64,000 bases of DNA. It comes from Lama guanicoe (taxonomy: Eukaryota). Both the position numbers and the translations under genes were made by a program. The first letter of the stretch is position 1, and each line of letters opens with the position of its first letter. The stretch is from contig MU053561.1 in NCBI GenBank assembly GCA_013239625.1, positions 3,612,283 to 3,676,282 on the forward strand. The letters run 5' to 3'. Under the pieces are notes generated by a model, which did no database searches, had not been told where the DNA came from, and saw only the letters and a list, made by a program, of their open reading frames with translations. Shown here one piece after another: positions 12,661-25,354 of the stretch.

Positions 12661-13701
12661 ATCAAATTGTTTTTCCTATTGACTTTCCCACAGTCTGGAT
12701 TTTTTCTAATTAAATCTCCTTTGTCCCTTGCATTTTTATAAATTAGTAAGTAGATCCAGAAACTTGACCAGATTCAGGTTTGAATTTCTGGCAAGTCCGC
12801 TTTTTAGGCAGTGGTTTGCACTTCCATCAGGAGGCTCAAATGTTTGTTTGGTCTCTGATATTAGCAGCCATTGATGATCATGACCTACCTTCATTAACTT
12901 AGCAACTGTAGATTGAGTTTTCTAATTTCATCATTCCTCCTTCACTTATTATTTGGAACACTTCTACAGAGAAAAACTTCCAGTCACCAACTATTTGGTT
13001 TACCTGAGGGGTAGTTCAGAGAGGAAAGACAGGATAAATTGTCGTTTTTTTTCTCTTTATTTACCAGCTTTCACTAGCATCCTAATCCTTATTTACCAGT
13101 TTTCTGTAGTATCCTACAAAGATAACTAATACGATTTTTAATGAGTTTTCAATATGTTCATAAAAATCATGGATTTAAAGTAAGTGGTACATTTCCATCA
13201 ACTGTAGTTATTATCCTTATTAATGCTGAAATTGTCCCATCCTTTGCCTGTGAGAGCCTTTTTAGGTTGGCTGCTAGATCCTTTTGACATAATCTCAGGA
13301 TGTTTCATAATACTCTTGCTTTTTCTATGACAAGATGTCCCAGCATCATCTTATACATTTCCTTCCCCACACCTTGAACCAGCCGTTTCTCCAAGGTGCT
13401 CTAGTTCTCAGAGCACAGTGGTACTGACAGACCAGTCTGGGAACAGGGGTTCTCACCTCTGCTGGCTTGGTCATTGTTACAATACCTTTTCAGTTTAAAA
13501 GGCTAGGAAATATGTTTATTTGCTTATTTGCTTTAGGATAAATCATTTCTCCCAATCCAAATTCAAGATGATAGGGCCGTTAGCTGCCCTTTTTGATTTT
13601 ATATCTCTCTCTCCTTTCTCCCAGGTCAAATATACCAGTTTTCAATGACACCTGCATAATTACTTATGTATTTGTTTTATCCTACATAAAAATATGATAC
13701 A

Positions 13702-13787
13702 GGGGGAGGGCATAGCTCAGCGGTAGAGAACATTCTTGGCATGCATGAGGTCCTGGGTTCAATCCCCAGTACCTCCATGAAAAAAAA
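13702..13787 (+). mobile_element. Camelid tRNA-derived SINE (Vic-1 type)
   Basis: GGGGGAGGGCATAGCTCAGCGGTAGAG...GGTCCTGGGTTCAATCCCCAGTACCTCC with A and B boxes and an A tail; ATACAGG repeated at both ends. Confidence 0.85.
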
Positions 13788-14379
13788 TACAGGATCAGAA
13801 TATACAAAACAACATTACTGGGACAAATATAGCTGAGACAGTTTAAGATTTGTTTCTGGCAATTCTTTTTGTCTGAAGTTATACACCACTAGAGACACAT
13901 ACTTACATTTACTGTATTTTAAAGTTACTTTAAATAGTTTTTCTCTCTGTGGTAATACCAACAACTGGATATATAGTTGAGATCATTTGCTTCATTTTGC
14001 TTCCAGTTTTCCAGAATTGCTTCTTAAATTTTGTTTCAGAATTATGCAGACAATTTACATGTTTCGAAAGTCATAGCTATAGAATTAGGTGTATTTAAAG
14101 AATCAACTTTATCTTTCCATTACCACCTCCACCATGGTTCCTTCCTCTCCCTTCAGAAAACTTGTTTTTATGATTTATCCTTCACTTTTTTATATAAGCA
14201 AATATATATATATATGAAAGCAAAATATAGATAGCTAGATGGGAGATAAATATCATATCTTTCAATTTTTCCATAGTGGCCTACCATATGTACTTTTTTT
14301 CATATCATGTTTTTATTTACTATATCCTGGAAGTCACTCCATTAAGGACATGTAGAAATATTTACATTCCTTTAAAATA

Positions 14380-14950
14380 TTTTTAAATACAAAAATAATA
14401 AGCTAAAAACACAATAATAAACTGAAAATATTTGAAGTGTAAACTTTTACCCGTTTTGACATATGTATACACCACAACCATGACAACACAACTACAATTC
14501 CAAGAAATTTCCTTGGGCCTCTTTGTCATTAATTCCTCCATCACCCTTGTCCCCAGCCAATTTCTGATCTGCTTTCTGTCACTATACATAAATTTTATTT
14601 TCTAGAATTTTATGTAAATGGAATCACAGAATATGTGTTCCCCTCTCCCTGGCTCCTTTCACTCTGCACAATGTTGTTAAGATTCACCCGCGCTGTTGTA
14701 GGTGTTCCCTGGTTTGCTCCTTTTTATTTCTGAGGAGTGTTCCATTCAGTGGATATACCACCTTATTTACCCTTTCACCTACTTGCAGATATTTGGATTA
14801 CCTTCAGTTTGGGGCTATTTACATATAAAGCTGCTACGAATATTCATGTGCCAGTTTTTGTGGGAACATATTTTGTTGGTTTCTTCAAAAGCTAAACATA
14901 TGCTTACATGACAATCCAATCATTCCACTCCTAGGTATTTCCTTTTTTTG
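14380..14950 (-). mobile_element. Old L1M 3' region, antisense
   Basis: ttctagaattttatgtaaatggaatcacagaatatgtg and ccattcagtggatataccac...ataaagctgctacgaatattc are typical antisense L1ME/MB. Confidence 0.65.
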
Positions 14951-15319
14951 CAGCCGTCCAATATTCTATTGTGTAGAGAGACCATAGTTTATAGGACAGT
15001 TCCCTATTGATGGACATTAAGGTTTTTTTTTTTTTTGGCTTTTACTACTATAAACAGCACTGCAAGATATAATCTTAAGCATATGTCTTTGGTATTTTTG
15101 CCAGTGTATATGGAGGGCAGATTCCTGGAAGTGGGATTTTTACCCAGTTGTTTTTTTCAGTGGAGGAGCCACTAGTAAGCAGAGAAATCATCTAGTTCTG
15201 TGTTTTCTCGTAGTGACTGGATTCTGGAAACTTAAGAGCAGAATTCAAAGGTGAACCAAAAATATCTGAAATTACAGTTCAACTCCAACATTCTCCTAGG
15301 GCAAATAATGACAAGATCA

Positions 15320-15550
15320 AAGAGAGATCCACTTTAAAATTCAAAGTTCCAATAGGTTAAAAGCACAAGGATGGAGAAAGGTATACTATGCAAACAGGAA
15401 TCATCAGAAATGTGATGTGGTTATATTAACACCAGACAAAGTAGAATTTAAGACACGAAGTCTTCCCAGAGATAAAGAGGATACTTCATATGGTAAGAAG
15501 GTCAGTTTACCAAGAAGACAGTTCTAAATGTGCCTTAGCTAATCACAGAA
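15320..15550 (+). mobile_element. Old L1 ORF2 endonuclease-domain fragment
   Basis: aaggatggagaaaggtatactatgcaaac...tatattaacaccagacaaagtagaatttaag...gagataaagagg resembles L1 EN (GWxKIYHAN...ILISDKxDFK...RDKEG). Confidence 0.65.
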
Positions 15551-18500
15551 TTTCTCCCTAATCATATATTAAATTTCTACATGAAGTTGAATAGTGCTGG
15601 ATTTTATCAGATCTTTTCCCATTGTTCTGTTGTTCATGGACAAATGCCATCCTGTTTTCATCGTGGTCAATGAACCTTTGTGATGTGTTTTTCATACCTG
15701 GTGAACCTAGATCCTCAACCCAGCCCTGCTGCTCCTCTTCTCAGAGTTTTTATAGCTATTCTTGCTTGTTTTCCCCTCTAAGTGGACTTTATAATCAACT
15801 TATATAGCCCAAGAAAAAAAAAAGGTCTGATAGCATCTTTATGGGATTCCCTTAAATGTATAAGTTAACTTAGGAAGAAAATAATCCTTCTGAAGTTGTG
15901 TCTTCCTGTCCAAGAACATGTATTTTTTCATTGATTCAAGTCTTTTTGGTTTATTGATTTTTAACTTACAGAATAAAGTGAGAGGCAAATGATGGCAGCC
16001 TTAATAAGAGTTACAGAACAGACGTTATCATTCTTAGAAGTGCAAAAGCAAAGCACAGGTGATGGCGGCTGTGGGAGAGGAGGGGAGGAGGAAAGGTGAA
16101 AAGAAGTGCAGGGCTTTTCCTACCCTTAACTCACAAAGTCAGAAATCAGAGTCGATCAAACAGGAAAGAAGGGTTTATAAATTTTGCTGAAGCTAGAGAA
16201 ATTAAAAAATAGTTCTGTTACCATGTCGTGGGAATGCAGAAGGGTGGAGAAGATGTAGACAGCTAAAGTATTACCCACCTTAACAGGAGCTAACAGAAAA
16301 CACCTAACTGTGCTAATCTGATGATTTAGAGCCTGGGAGGAACCATCGTAAGAATTGAGACTAGTTATCGTTAAAATTGGTTGCCTTTGGAGAGCAGACG
16401 TGGGCAGAGGGGTAAAGGCTCGTGGCGTTTTATTATAAACTCTTGTTTTGAACTATTTAGTTTCTTAACTATTTACTTAGGTAAATTTTAAAAAATTTTT
16501 TAATGGATCACAAATGAAAAGATAGCTTTATATTGATCAACTGTAAGAAAAATATTTTGATTTATGAACGTTTCCCTAAATAGGAGAAAGGAGTTGGGTC
16601 AATAGTAATTAGACATCTGTTCTGCCTGGATATTAGGAGACAATAGCCAATTTAAGATAAGCCCCCACTTCTGACATCATAGCCCTGGGGGAGTCAGACC
16701 ATGGGAATATGGTTATTTATGGGACAGTCATGGGAAACAGGAGACCCTTAAAGATTTGAATCCTGTTCTGAAACGTGGGTTGCTACCACTTGCATTGCTT
16801 TCTTTTCATCAGCTGGACACCTATAAACACAGCCTTATTTTGGAAGTTTTCCTCCCAAATGGAAGAGATGAGAAGTTGCTCACCAACCCACGTGTGATAT
16901 TCCCCAACCCTAGGGGCTGCGTGCCAGGACCAGGGGTGGGGAAACAAGAACTAGGTGATGCTGTCTTCCCATCTTTTCCATCTGATCCTTGTGCCCCATG
17001 AGGGACTTCTTTTCTTTTTATTGAGTTCCGGGAGTTAATTGATTTGATTACTCATGCATACTAGGGAAAAGTAAGCTATAAATTAAGTGAGTTTGCTGAG
17101 TTCCATATACACTCACAGGCAGTAATTTGGGAAAGTAAATGATGGAGTAAAAGGACGAGACTCCCTCAGTCAGGGCTCTGAAAACCTCCAGCCCCATCAC
17201 AAGACAAGCCCCTACATCCTTCCATGACCCCGCAAGCCAGGCTTCTCCCCACTCCCACCTCCATCTCGCCAAAGGTTGCTCTTTTATTCCTTTTATTTTT
17301 ACCCTTTAGAGCTGTACATTTACTCACTTAGATAAAAATATGTGGACTGGTGAGGACAGGGTAGGAGCCAGGAAACAGGAGACAGAGTATTTAATGCTAT
17401 CTGTCTCCAGTCTTACATCATTTTCCCCCTCCTCTCTCAAATCACATCCTAAGTTTTAAATTTATCACGAGAAGTATTCTGAATTCTCAAGTCTGCTGCC
17501 CATCACATCGACTTCCTGTGGTGAGCCTACAGGCAAAGGGAATTATAATCTGAAGAGTCCTTGGTGATCATGGAATAAAAGCAATGAAAGCTGGAGCGTG
17601 CTGCAAGACAACTCTTTTCCATGAATAGAGAAAAACTTGGCAATGACAAATCCCCAGTATTGTCCCCAGTCTCTTACCTCTGAGCCTCATGGAGCACCTT
17701 AGGTGTTAGCTTTCCAGGAAAGTTGTCCACCAAAGGCTAATTAAATAAAACAGAGTGATAATTTCCCATGGAGGCTGTTCAAGGCCAAAGTCATACGATG
17801 GTACATTTCGCATTTCCACCCCAGCTGGGATGGGAGGGTGTAGGCCGGTTCAACACAAGGGCATTCATTCCCAAACTCTGCGTGATGGAAAGCACCCCTG
17901 TCTTCCATGACTTTCCTGAAACTTGTCATTGGGAATTACCACTTACTTATGCTAGGAAAAGAAACTGTGTTTGTACATATTAACCTGGAATGAGGAAGCT
18001 GATGGTCTGGGCATTGAGACAATTGTGGAGGAGAAGTTATCCTCAGGTGACTCAGATATGGGCAGGACTGACGAAGAAGAGGAGAAAAAGAATTAACAAG
18101 AGAAATGGGGGGGAATTCCAGCAGGAATGAAGGAAGAGTAGGGGAGTTGTGTGTCTGAGAAGGAGTTGTGACAGCGTCAGCTGGGGGATGTGTTTCCCTT
18201 TTCCCCAAGGCCCACCCTCTGTTGTCCTTCATGGAGGACTGGACTCTCCTCAAAGCCACGTGCGGCAGGGATCCCACTCCCTCCCACGCTGGGTGCGTGG
18301 TTAGAGGTCTCTTCTCTCTAACCCTCTCCTTCACCTGACTTGGTAAGAGGAAGGGAGAGGAAGCAGAGACATAAACTGCCTCCCTTTTCTCGTGTCTCTG
18401 AGGCAGCATATCCCATGAGTTAATCCTCAGTGTCCTATCAGATAAAGTCCACGTCCTCTCTGAAGAGCAGCCGTCTTCCCTGGACCAGTGATTACCACAT

Positions 18501-19929
18501 CTCGCTGATGCCTGGAAGCCCAACTTGGTTGTTGGCATGTTGCCCTCATGCACCTTCTCGAATTCAACTCCAGTAGACCTGCCTGCAGCTCTGTTTTGCA
18601 GTCTTGGTCTATTTTCTATTGTTGGTTGTCAACATCTCCTGAATTCAGCAATTCAAGCATGTGTTTGCACTGTGGGTTTATTCTCCTGTTGAATGGAGGC
18701 AAGAAGTCTGATAACAGAATTAACTAATACAAACACAGGGCAAAAGGGGGTCGGGTGGAAATAGAAATTAAACCCTTTGGGAGCCCAAGAGAAAAAGTGA
18801 TTAATTACAACTAAGTGAATCAGGAAATGCTTCATGGAAATTGTATTTGCACTGGGCCTCAGTGGGCAGGTTTCAACAGGCAAAATGGGAAAACTCATTC
18901 CAAGAGAAAGGAATGGCTCAAGACAAGGACAAAGCTGAAAAAGTTCAGGGTCAGTGGAGTTCTGATCACTGAAGGTCTTGAATGCTGTGCTCAGGAATTT
19001 GAACTTCATTCTAAACAGTGTGGAACCGAGTGAAAGCGCCTAAGCAGAGGAATGACAGCATCAGATCTGATGATCAGGATGGTTTACGGACTGGTTGCCC
19101 ATTGTGGTTCAGGCACCATGCTGAACGCTTCACAGACCCTCACCCACTCAGCCTTCATAGTGACCCCCCAAGGATGGTGAACTTGCACAGTGTTTGAGGA
19201 TGGACCAGAGGCAGATGGTTAGGGGAGAGAGAGGAGGACAGGACATGATTTTAGTGGTTTTGGATTCAGGGCTAAGGGCCTGAACTCTAGAGTCTACTAC
19301 TAGCAACATGAGGACTGGGGTTAGAGTTCTGAGAGGTAGACTCAGAGGACCTGTGGCCATTTAGCTCCTGGAATCAAGGGGGGCAAGTGCACAGGAGATC
19401 TCGAAGGAAAGGCTCCAAGTAAACCATGCCAGCAGTGCCCAGGCATGGGACTTAGCTCCCCCTCCCCCGACCCGAATCCCAGCCTCAGTCACATGGGGCA
19501 TTTTGCCATCAGCTGACTGTAGGACTTGGAAATTCAGGAGAGTTACAGCCATGAGGGCTTTTCCCGTTGTCCAGTTGGAAGCCCAGATGGGATGCAGAAG
19601 CAAATTGCTTAGGAGTGATGAGCGCATGTCCCTAGACGAAGCATTGTGTGGCAGGCCCTGCGCCAGGGACTTCTGACATCTCATGCCGCTTAATGTTAAC
19701 AATAACCCTCTGAGGGGCCCTGGTTTGCTATGTGGAACCTGAGATTCAGAGAGATGGGTAACTGGCCTGAGCTCACTTAGCTACTAAGGGGCAGAATTGA
19801 GACACACGCCCAGAGTCTGTGCTTCCAATGGCTGTATGACACTGCCTAGGGGAAGACACTCTTCCTCAGTAGCAGGCAAGACAAGTCTGGCTCATGTGGG
19901 CTCCTTCTCACATCTCTTCATACACATCT

Positions 19930-20100
19930 TCATTTATTCATTCATGTATTCACACACTAAACAATGACAGAGCGCCTACGATGTGGTAGGCACTGTACTA
20001 GGAATTTAAGATAAAAAATTAATCTCTGCCTTCAATGAGAACAGTCTAGACAAGGAGGCAGACGAGTGAATTATAATGCACAGAGGAGGGCAGGCAGCTA
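19930..20100 (-). mobile_element. L2 LINE 3' end
   Basis: catttattcattcatgtattcac...gcgcctacgatgtggtaggcactgtactagg is the typical reverse L2 tail. Confidence 0.6.
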
Positions 20101-20596
20101 ACCTGGCTCATGGGGTGAAGAGGAAATTGGGGAAGGCTTTCCTAGGTGATTCCTAGGCTCAGTCCGGAAGGAGGAGAGGGTGAGGCTGAGGTGGGGAAGG
20201 GGGAAGAGATCCGTGACCCAGACAGGAGGGCAGGTGTGGACAACAAGCTCTCTACCGAGAACCAAAGGCGAGGAGGAGAGGCCGAGGAGGCAGGAGGCTG
20301 GAGGAGGGGCAGGAGGATGTTCAGTAGGGAAGAAACAGGAGTCAAGGAGATGAGGGAGGAGGCTGCTGGGATGGTACAGGTGAAGGAGAGCAGAGATGCA
20401 GAAGACAGGTGAGATTGGAGAAGTGTTTAAGGGTAAAATGGGTGACATCTGCTAAATGGCCCTGGGTGGGAACAAAGGGTCCCCTGAGGATGACTGTGTC
20501 CTCAGCTGCCTCCTCCTGCAGCACCTCTCCATCAGTCCTTCTGCCCAGTGCAGCCAGCCTGCTTGGGTGCACATGACAACCAAGCACGGCTACTGG

Positions 20597-21228
20597 GGGT
20601 GCTGAGTCTCTCTGAAGCGAAATTTTAGTCCTGAAGCCACTGACCAGGAGGAGTGTGCTGTCCCCAGGCAGGAAAGGGGTAGCTCGGAAGGTCTGGGTTT
20701 CTCAAACCCCGCACATTTCCAGGAATGACCCTTGGCCAGCCCCTGGGAGATGAGCTCTGAGCCCCTGGAATAGTCGGCCTAATAAAAGTGTTTTTGTCGG
20801 CCTGAGGCCTTGGCCCATGAGTTACCAGTTTGAGCAGATAGTTTATGCTAACAATGTGATTTGGGGTGAACACCTGTTTTGCTCTGGGGGCTGGCATCCG
20901 AGTGGCTGACGTCAGCCCCACAGCACGGCATGCCTACAGGACAGCCCCCCAGTAAAACCCCTAGACACCGAGGCTTAGGTGGCAATACATGTATGTGCTC
21001 TCACACACTGCTGCCGGGAGAATTAAGCATGTCCCCGTCACTCTGCTGGGAGGCGACACCTGGAAGCTTGCACCTGGTTTCTCCTGGACTTTGCCGCATG
21101 TACTGATTTTAATCTGTATTCTTTCCCTGTAATAGACTCTAATCATGAGTATGAAAGCTTTCCTGAGTCCTGTGAGTTCCTCTAATAAATCATTGAGCCT
21201 GAGGGTGGTCCCAGAGGACCGCTGACCA
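20597..21228 (+). mobile_element. ERVL-class solo LTR (MER68/MER77-like)
   Basis: tttatgctaacaatgtga; cagcccccagtaaaacccctagacacc; terminal gagtatgaaagctttcctgagtcctgtgagttcctct...cctgagggtggtc. Confidence 0.65.
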
Positions 21229-23083
21229 CTCTACCCCGGGTTGACAGCGGATGGGAGAGCTGGGACAGCTGGGACAGCATGCAGCCCAAACGTGGAGTTT
21301 CACCCCAGAGTGGGCATCCTGAGAGTCAGGTCCCACGCAAACAACCCAAGTGGACCACGGTGTGTGCTGCACGGAACAGGTGGGCAGGAATGCCCAGAAC
21401 ACCAGAGGCTGTTTTCCAGTTTATCCCAAATCCAAGGTCACCCTGCTGTTCTCCCAGTGGCCTCTCCCATCCTGCTTTGACTCTGACCTCTGTTATTCAA
21501 CACATTACCTTTCCTCTTCAGCCTTTTCAGAAAACCTAACATCCTCCTTCCACCCTTCCAGGTTGTTTCTTTTGCCAGACAGTTGTGTCAAAATTGGACC
21601 CATAACTGTAGGCAATTTCTGGATACTGTAAAACATTATTTACTCTGAACAGCAGATGTGAGGATCTGCAGTATGCTCTAGAAACGCAATACATCGCTGG
21701 GCTGTAAATGTATAGGTTACTCGAATAACATGCTGTAGCACAGCAGGGAGATTAAACTTCTCAGCAATGGGTATGAGCTATGGCCAGGAAATCTGACGTT
21801 TGGTTTTGTGTGAATGTAAGTTTTTTGTGCACAATCTGACTCCTTTCTTTTCCCACTTTGATTGTTTATAGAACATGAGATCTGTGCATGAGTGGGGCCC
21901 ACCGCCTCGTCACATTTATTCAGAACAGAACTTAGATTAACAGGTACTTATGCACAATGGGCGGTCCAAGCCCATCCTTGTCTTCAACTCCAAGCCTCGG
22001 CACTAGGAACTTTTTATGATAGTTGAGTTAAACTAATGACTTTGAAGAACACATCCTTGAACATCTTTGTCAAGCAGCTTGGGGCCAGGCCCTGCCACAC
22101 CCTGGCTCTGTTTCTTGTTCATTATCTCCCACCCTCTGCTACCCTGGGGCCCTCAGTTCTGCAACTCAATTAGCAGAAAGCAAGACAGAGGTTCTTCATC
22201 TGTTTACGACCATGTCTGAGGCAAGGTTCAAAGTGGGAAACAGAAATCTGGTATTTTGAGCAGAAAGGAATTTAATACAGGAAAGGAGGTAGGACCAAGT
22301 TACTGAAAGAGCTAGAGGAGTGGATTCTGGGCTGGGCTCTGGAAAACCAGCACCAGAAGCACTGAGATCAGGTCCACACTGCCGTAGCTGCTGACCAAGG
22401 ATCCGTGCCCTCTGCCACTGCCACCGCCCCCACAGCAGCCCCCAGACACCAGTAAGTGAGAGCCTGACACTGCTGCAGGACAGGCCTCTGGCCAGGACCC
22501 TGCCCACCAACGACAACAGCCCCTGGAGCAAGAAGACGTCTCCTGCCTCACCTCCGCCATCCAAACCCTGCTCGTGCCTGTGAGTGGCAGGACCTGAATT
22601 GCACACAAGATCCTAATTGCAAAGGAAAGCTTGGGAAATGAAACATGGAACTTTCCAGCACCTGCAGCCCAAGAAGCATACCAGGAGGTGAGGATGGAGG
22701 CTGAGTCAGGCAATTTGCTGTATCTACTGCAGGCCTTCAAGTCTAACATCCCACTTAGGACCAGGATCCCTGAGCGGGAAAAGGCAAGGGTCTCTAGGGA
22801 AGGATACAGAAGACAGAAGTTATGCCTTCGGCTCCCATCTCCTCGTCCACTGTCCTCTCCTTAGGAAGAAGCAATTCCCAGGTCACGTGCTCCAGCAAGA
22901 AGCCCAAAGAAATCTGAACCTGCGCTCTGACTGAGGCTCTGCCCTAATTGTTTGGAGGCCTTCATGGGAAGGATATGTAACTTTTAAAACTACGATTCAA
23001 AAGTTGCAAGAGACGTATGTCTTGTAAGAAGTAGAGGTGCTGTTCTTTTAATCTGAGAAAATTCTTTGAATAGAAATTTAGAT

Positions 23084-23183
23084 AGATGTATAATTGAATC
23101 TTTTTGCTATACACCTGAATCTAACATTATAAATCAACTACTTCAACAAAGAAAGAATTTTTTTTTAAAAAGTGGGGAAAAAA
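23084..23183 (+). mobile_element. About 100-bp L1 3' stub with TSD
   Basis: gctatacacctgaatctaacattataaatcaactacttcaa; 12-bp TSD agaaatttagat (23072-23083 / 23184-23195). Confidence 0.75.
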
Positions 23184-23407
23184 AGAAATTTAGATGTGGA
23201 AAGAGAAAGCAGAGCACATAATTGTGAAGTGGGATGCTTGAGACACCATAGCTGGAAGAAGAGAAATGTACGCTATTGGACAAAAGTTATCCAGGTTTTA
23301 GGCCAGGGTGCATCTCCGCAGACCCTGCTTATTTGAGAAAAGAAAATTTCTAGACAGAGATTTTAACTCTGCTGCTGCTTGTTTATGTGAGCCTATGGGT
23401 GTGAACT

Positions 23408-23446
23408 CGTGCGCACGTGTGTGCGCGCGTGTGCGTGCGCGTGTGT
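23408..23446. repeat. Mixed (CG/TG) alternating purine-pyrimidine tract
   Basis: cgtgcgcacgtgtgtgcgcgcgtgtgcgtgcgcgtgtgt. Confidence 0.85.
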
Positions 23447-25143
23447 TCTCGGCCAATTCGTTGCATCAGAAGCAGACTGTTTTCCTGAAGGTATTTTGTT
23501 CAGCTCTGGGCAAAGTGTTGAATGGCACCTGTGCAGGTCCATACAGAGACAAGGAAAGGATTTTTGCCCACTTTTCTAAAAAAAATGGAGCACAGCTCTG
23601 GCACTATAAGGACCGGTGGTGACGAGGAGCCTCCTGGAACAGATCTTGTCTTCCTGGGACGGGAGGACATCATTTAAAGGATCAGTATTGCCACTCCTTC
23701 TTGAAGCTTCGTGATTGGCAGATATCAATTAGAGGGAGGTGCAAGAGGAAAAAGATGGCAGGTGCCAGTAGCGGTTTGTGAGCTCTGGTAGTGGCACCTC
23801 TCCAGGACTATCCAAAGCGTGGGGGTGGGGGAGGGAAGGGCCTGAAGAGGCGAGGCAGGTGGGCGCAAGTGGCGTGAAAATAAAAAGCTCAGCTGAGGGT
23901 TAGTCATTTCACCTACATCCACAGACTGAGAAAGCTGACGATCTAGACCGTTTACAGTTCTAAGGGAAGAAATACAAAAGGCTGGGAACTCCGCACGTGG
24001 CATCTACTAATCTGGACGTCATCAGGCAGTGAGGCTGAGCAGGTCGGCTTGTCTCATTGGCGACTCAAGAACTTGAGAGCAGGTGTGGCTTTTTCAGAAG
24101 TTTTCCTTCCATTGGACTCTCATCCCAAACTCCCTTCCTCCAATACAAATGCCTAAACCAATACATTTACATCCTTCCCAACCTTGCTTATACTCTATGG
24201 TCTTTAGAAAATTATCTTGAAGACGGAGGACAAGTAGGTAAAACATCAGCACTTGGCTTACAGTGAGGAGGAGGAGGCGGGGGTGATGATTTAAGGAACT
24301 CGTGGCACTCCCAGGAAAAGGCATGAGGGGGTGAGACAACTTTACTGAAACATCTTCCCTATTTGCAGTCCAACTCATCCTGCCCACTTAGCTTGTAGCT
24401 CTTCTGACAACTTCCAAAAAGATGTTCAGTGTAGCCCCTTGTCCCTAAGAGTGGGCACTGGTGCCGAGTCTGAAGCTGGAAGGGAGCCAGGAGACACCCT
24501 TTATTTTATAGGAAAAGAGCTAGGACTTGAGAGTTTCAGTAACTCTATTATTTGGGTTTTCTACCACCTTCATCAAAATATTTAAAGAAACTCACTGATG
24601 GCAGAGATGCCTTAACTTTCTGTTTTCAAGTTCAGCAAAGGTTCAAACCTCCTAGCATTTTCTATCAAGCATTAATGTCTTAAATTGGAATTCAAGTGGC
24701 TCCCCAAAGTGCCATGGTTAATTGAAACTTGGCGGGACCTTTCTTAGCTCTGGGGAATGCAGAGCGTATTCAAGAAAAATAAATATTTTAACCAGAGGTG
24801 TTTTCATTTGTTTTTCCGTGTATTTCTGTTCTGTCTTTCCTGAAACAATATGAGATTTGAAAAGCAAAGCTTAAGAAAACAGCACACGCACAAAAGGGAA
24901 TGGGGTACCTGGGTGAGGATGTGGCAGAGATCGGCTGGTACAAGAAAAAAAAATGCAGTTGAGACCTCTGGTTTTGAAGAATATTACAGAACTGTTCCTT
25001 GGATAATTCTGAAGGGAGAGTCCAGGGAACTTGAGAGTGGGGTTTTAGGAATTCGGGTGAAAGACATTGAACTGAAGCACCTCAGAGTTTGTGCAAATGG
25101 ATCGTGACTACAGTTGGTGAAGAAACAAAACTCTGTTTGAAGG

Positions 25144-25354
25144 CAGGTTTTTTTAACCTCAACACAACTGGCATTTTGGACCAGAGAATTCTTTGTTGTT
25201 GGGTGTCCTATGCACTGTAGAATGGTTAGTGTCATTCCTGGCCTGTCATCATTAGATGCAAGTAGCAATTCCACAGTCTTGGTCACCAAAAATGTCTCGG
25301 GACATTGACAACTTTCTCCTGGGGGACAAAATCATTCTCAGTTGAGAACCACTG
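25144..25354. mobile_element. MER20 (hAT-Charlie)
   Basis: aattctttgttgttgggtgtcctatgcactgtagaatg...caaaaatgtctcgggacattgac...gttgagaaccactg matches the recalled MER20 consensus. Confidence 0.8.

Noticed and set aside
17936..18553. Longest ORF in the track (205 aa, minus strand)
   Set aside because: Low-complexity Pro/Ser/Leu composition, non-ATG start, no recognisable homology or splice context.
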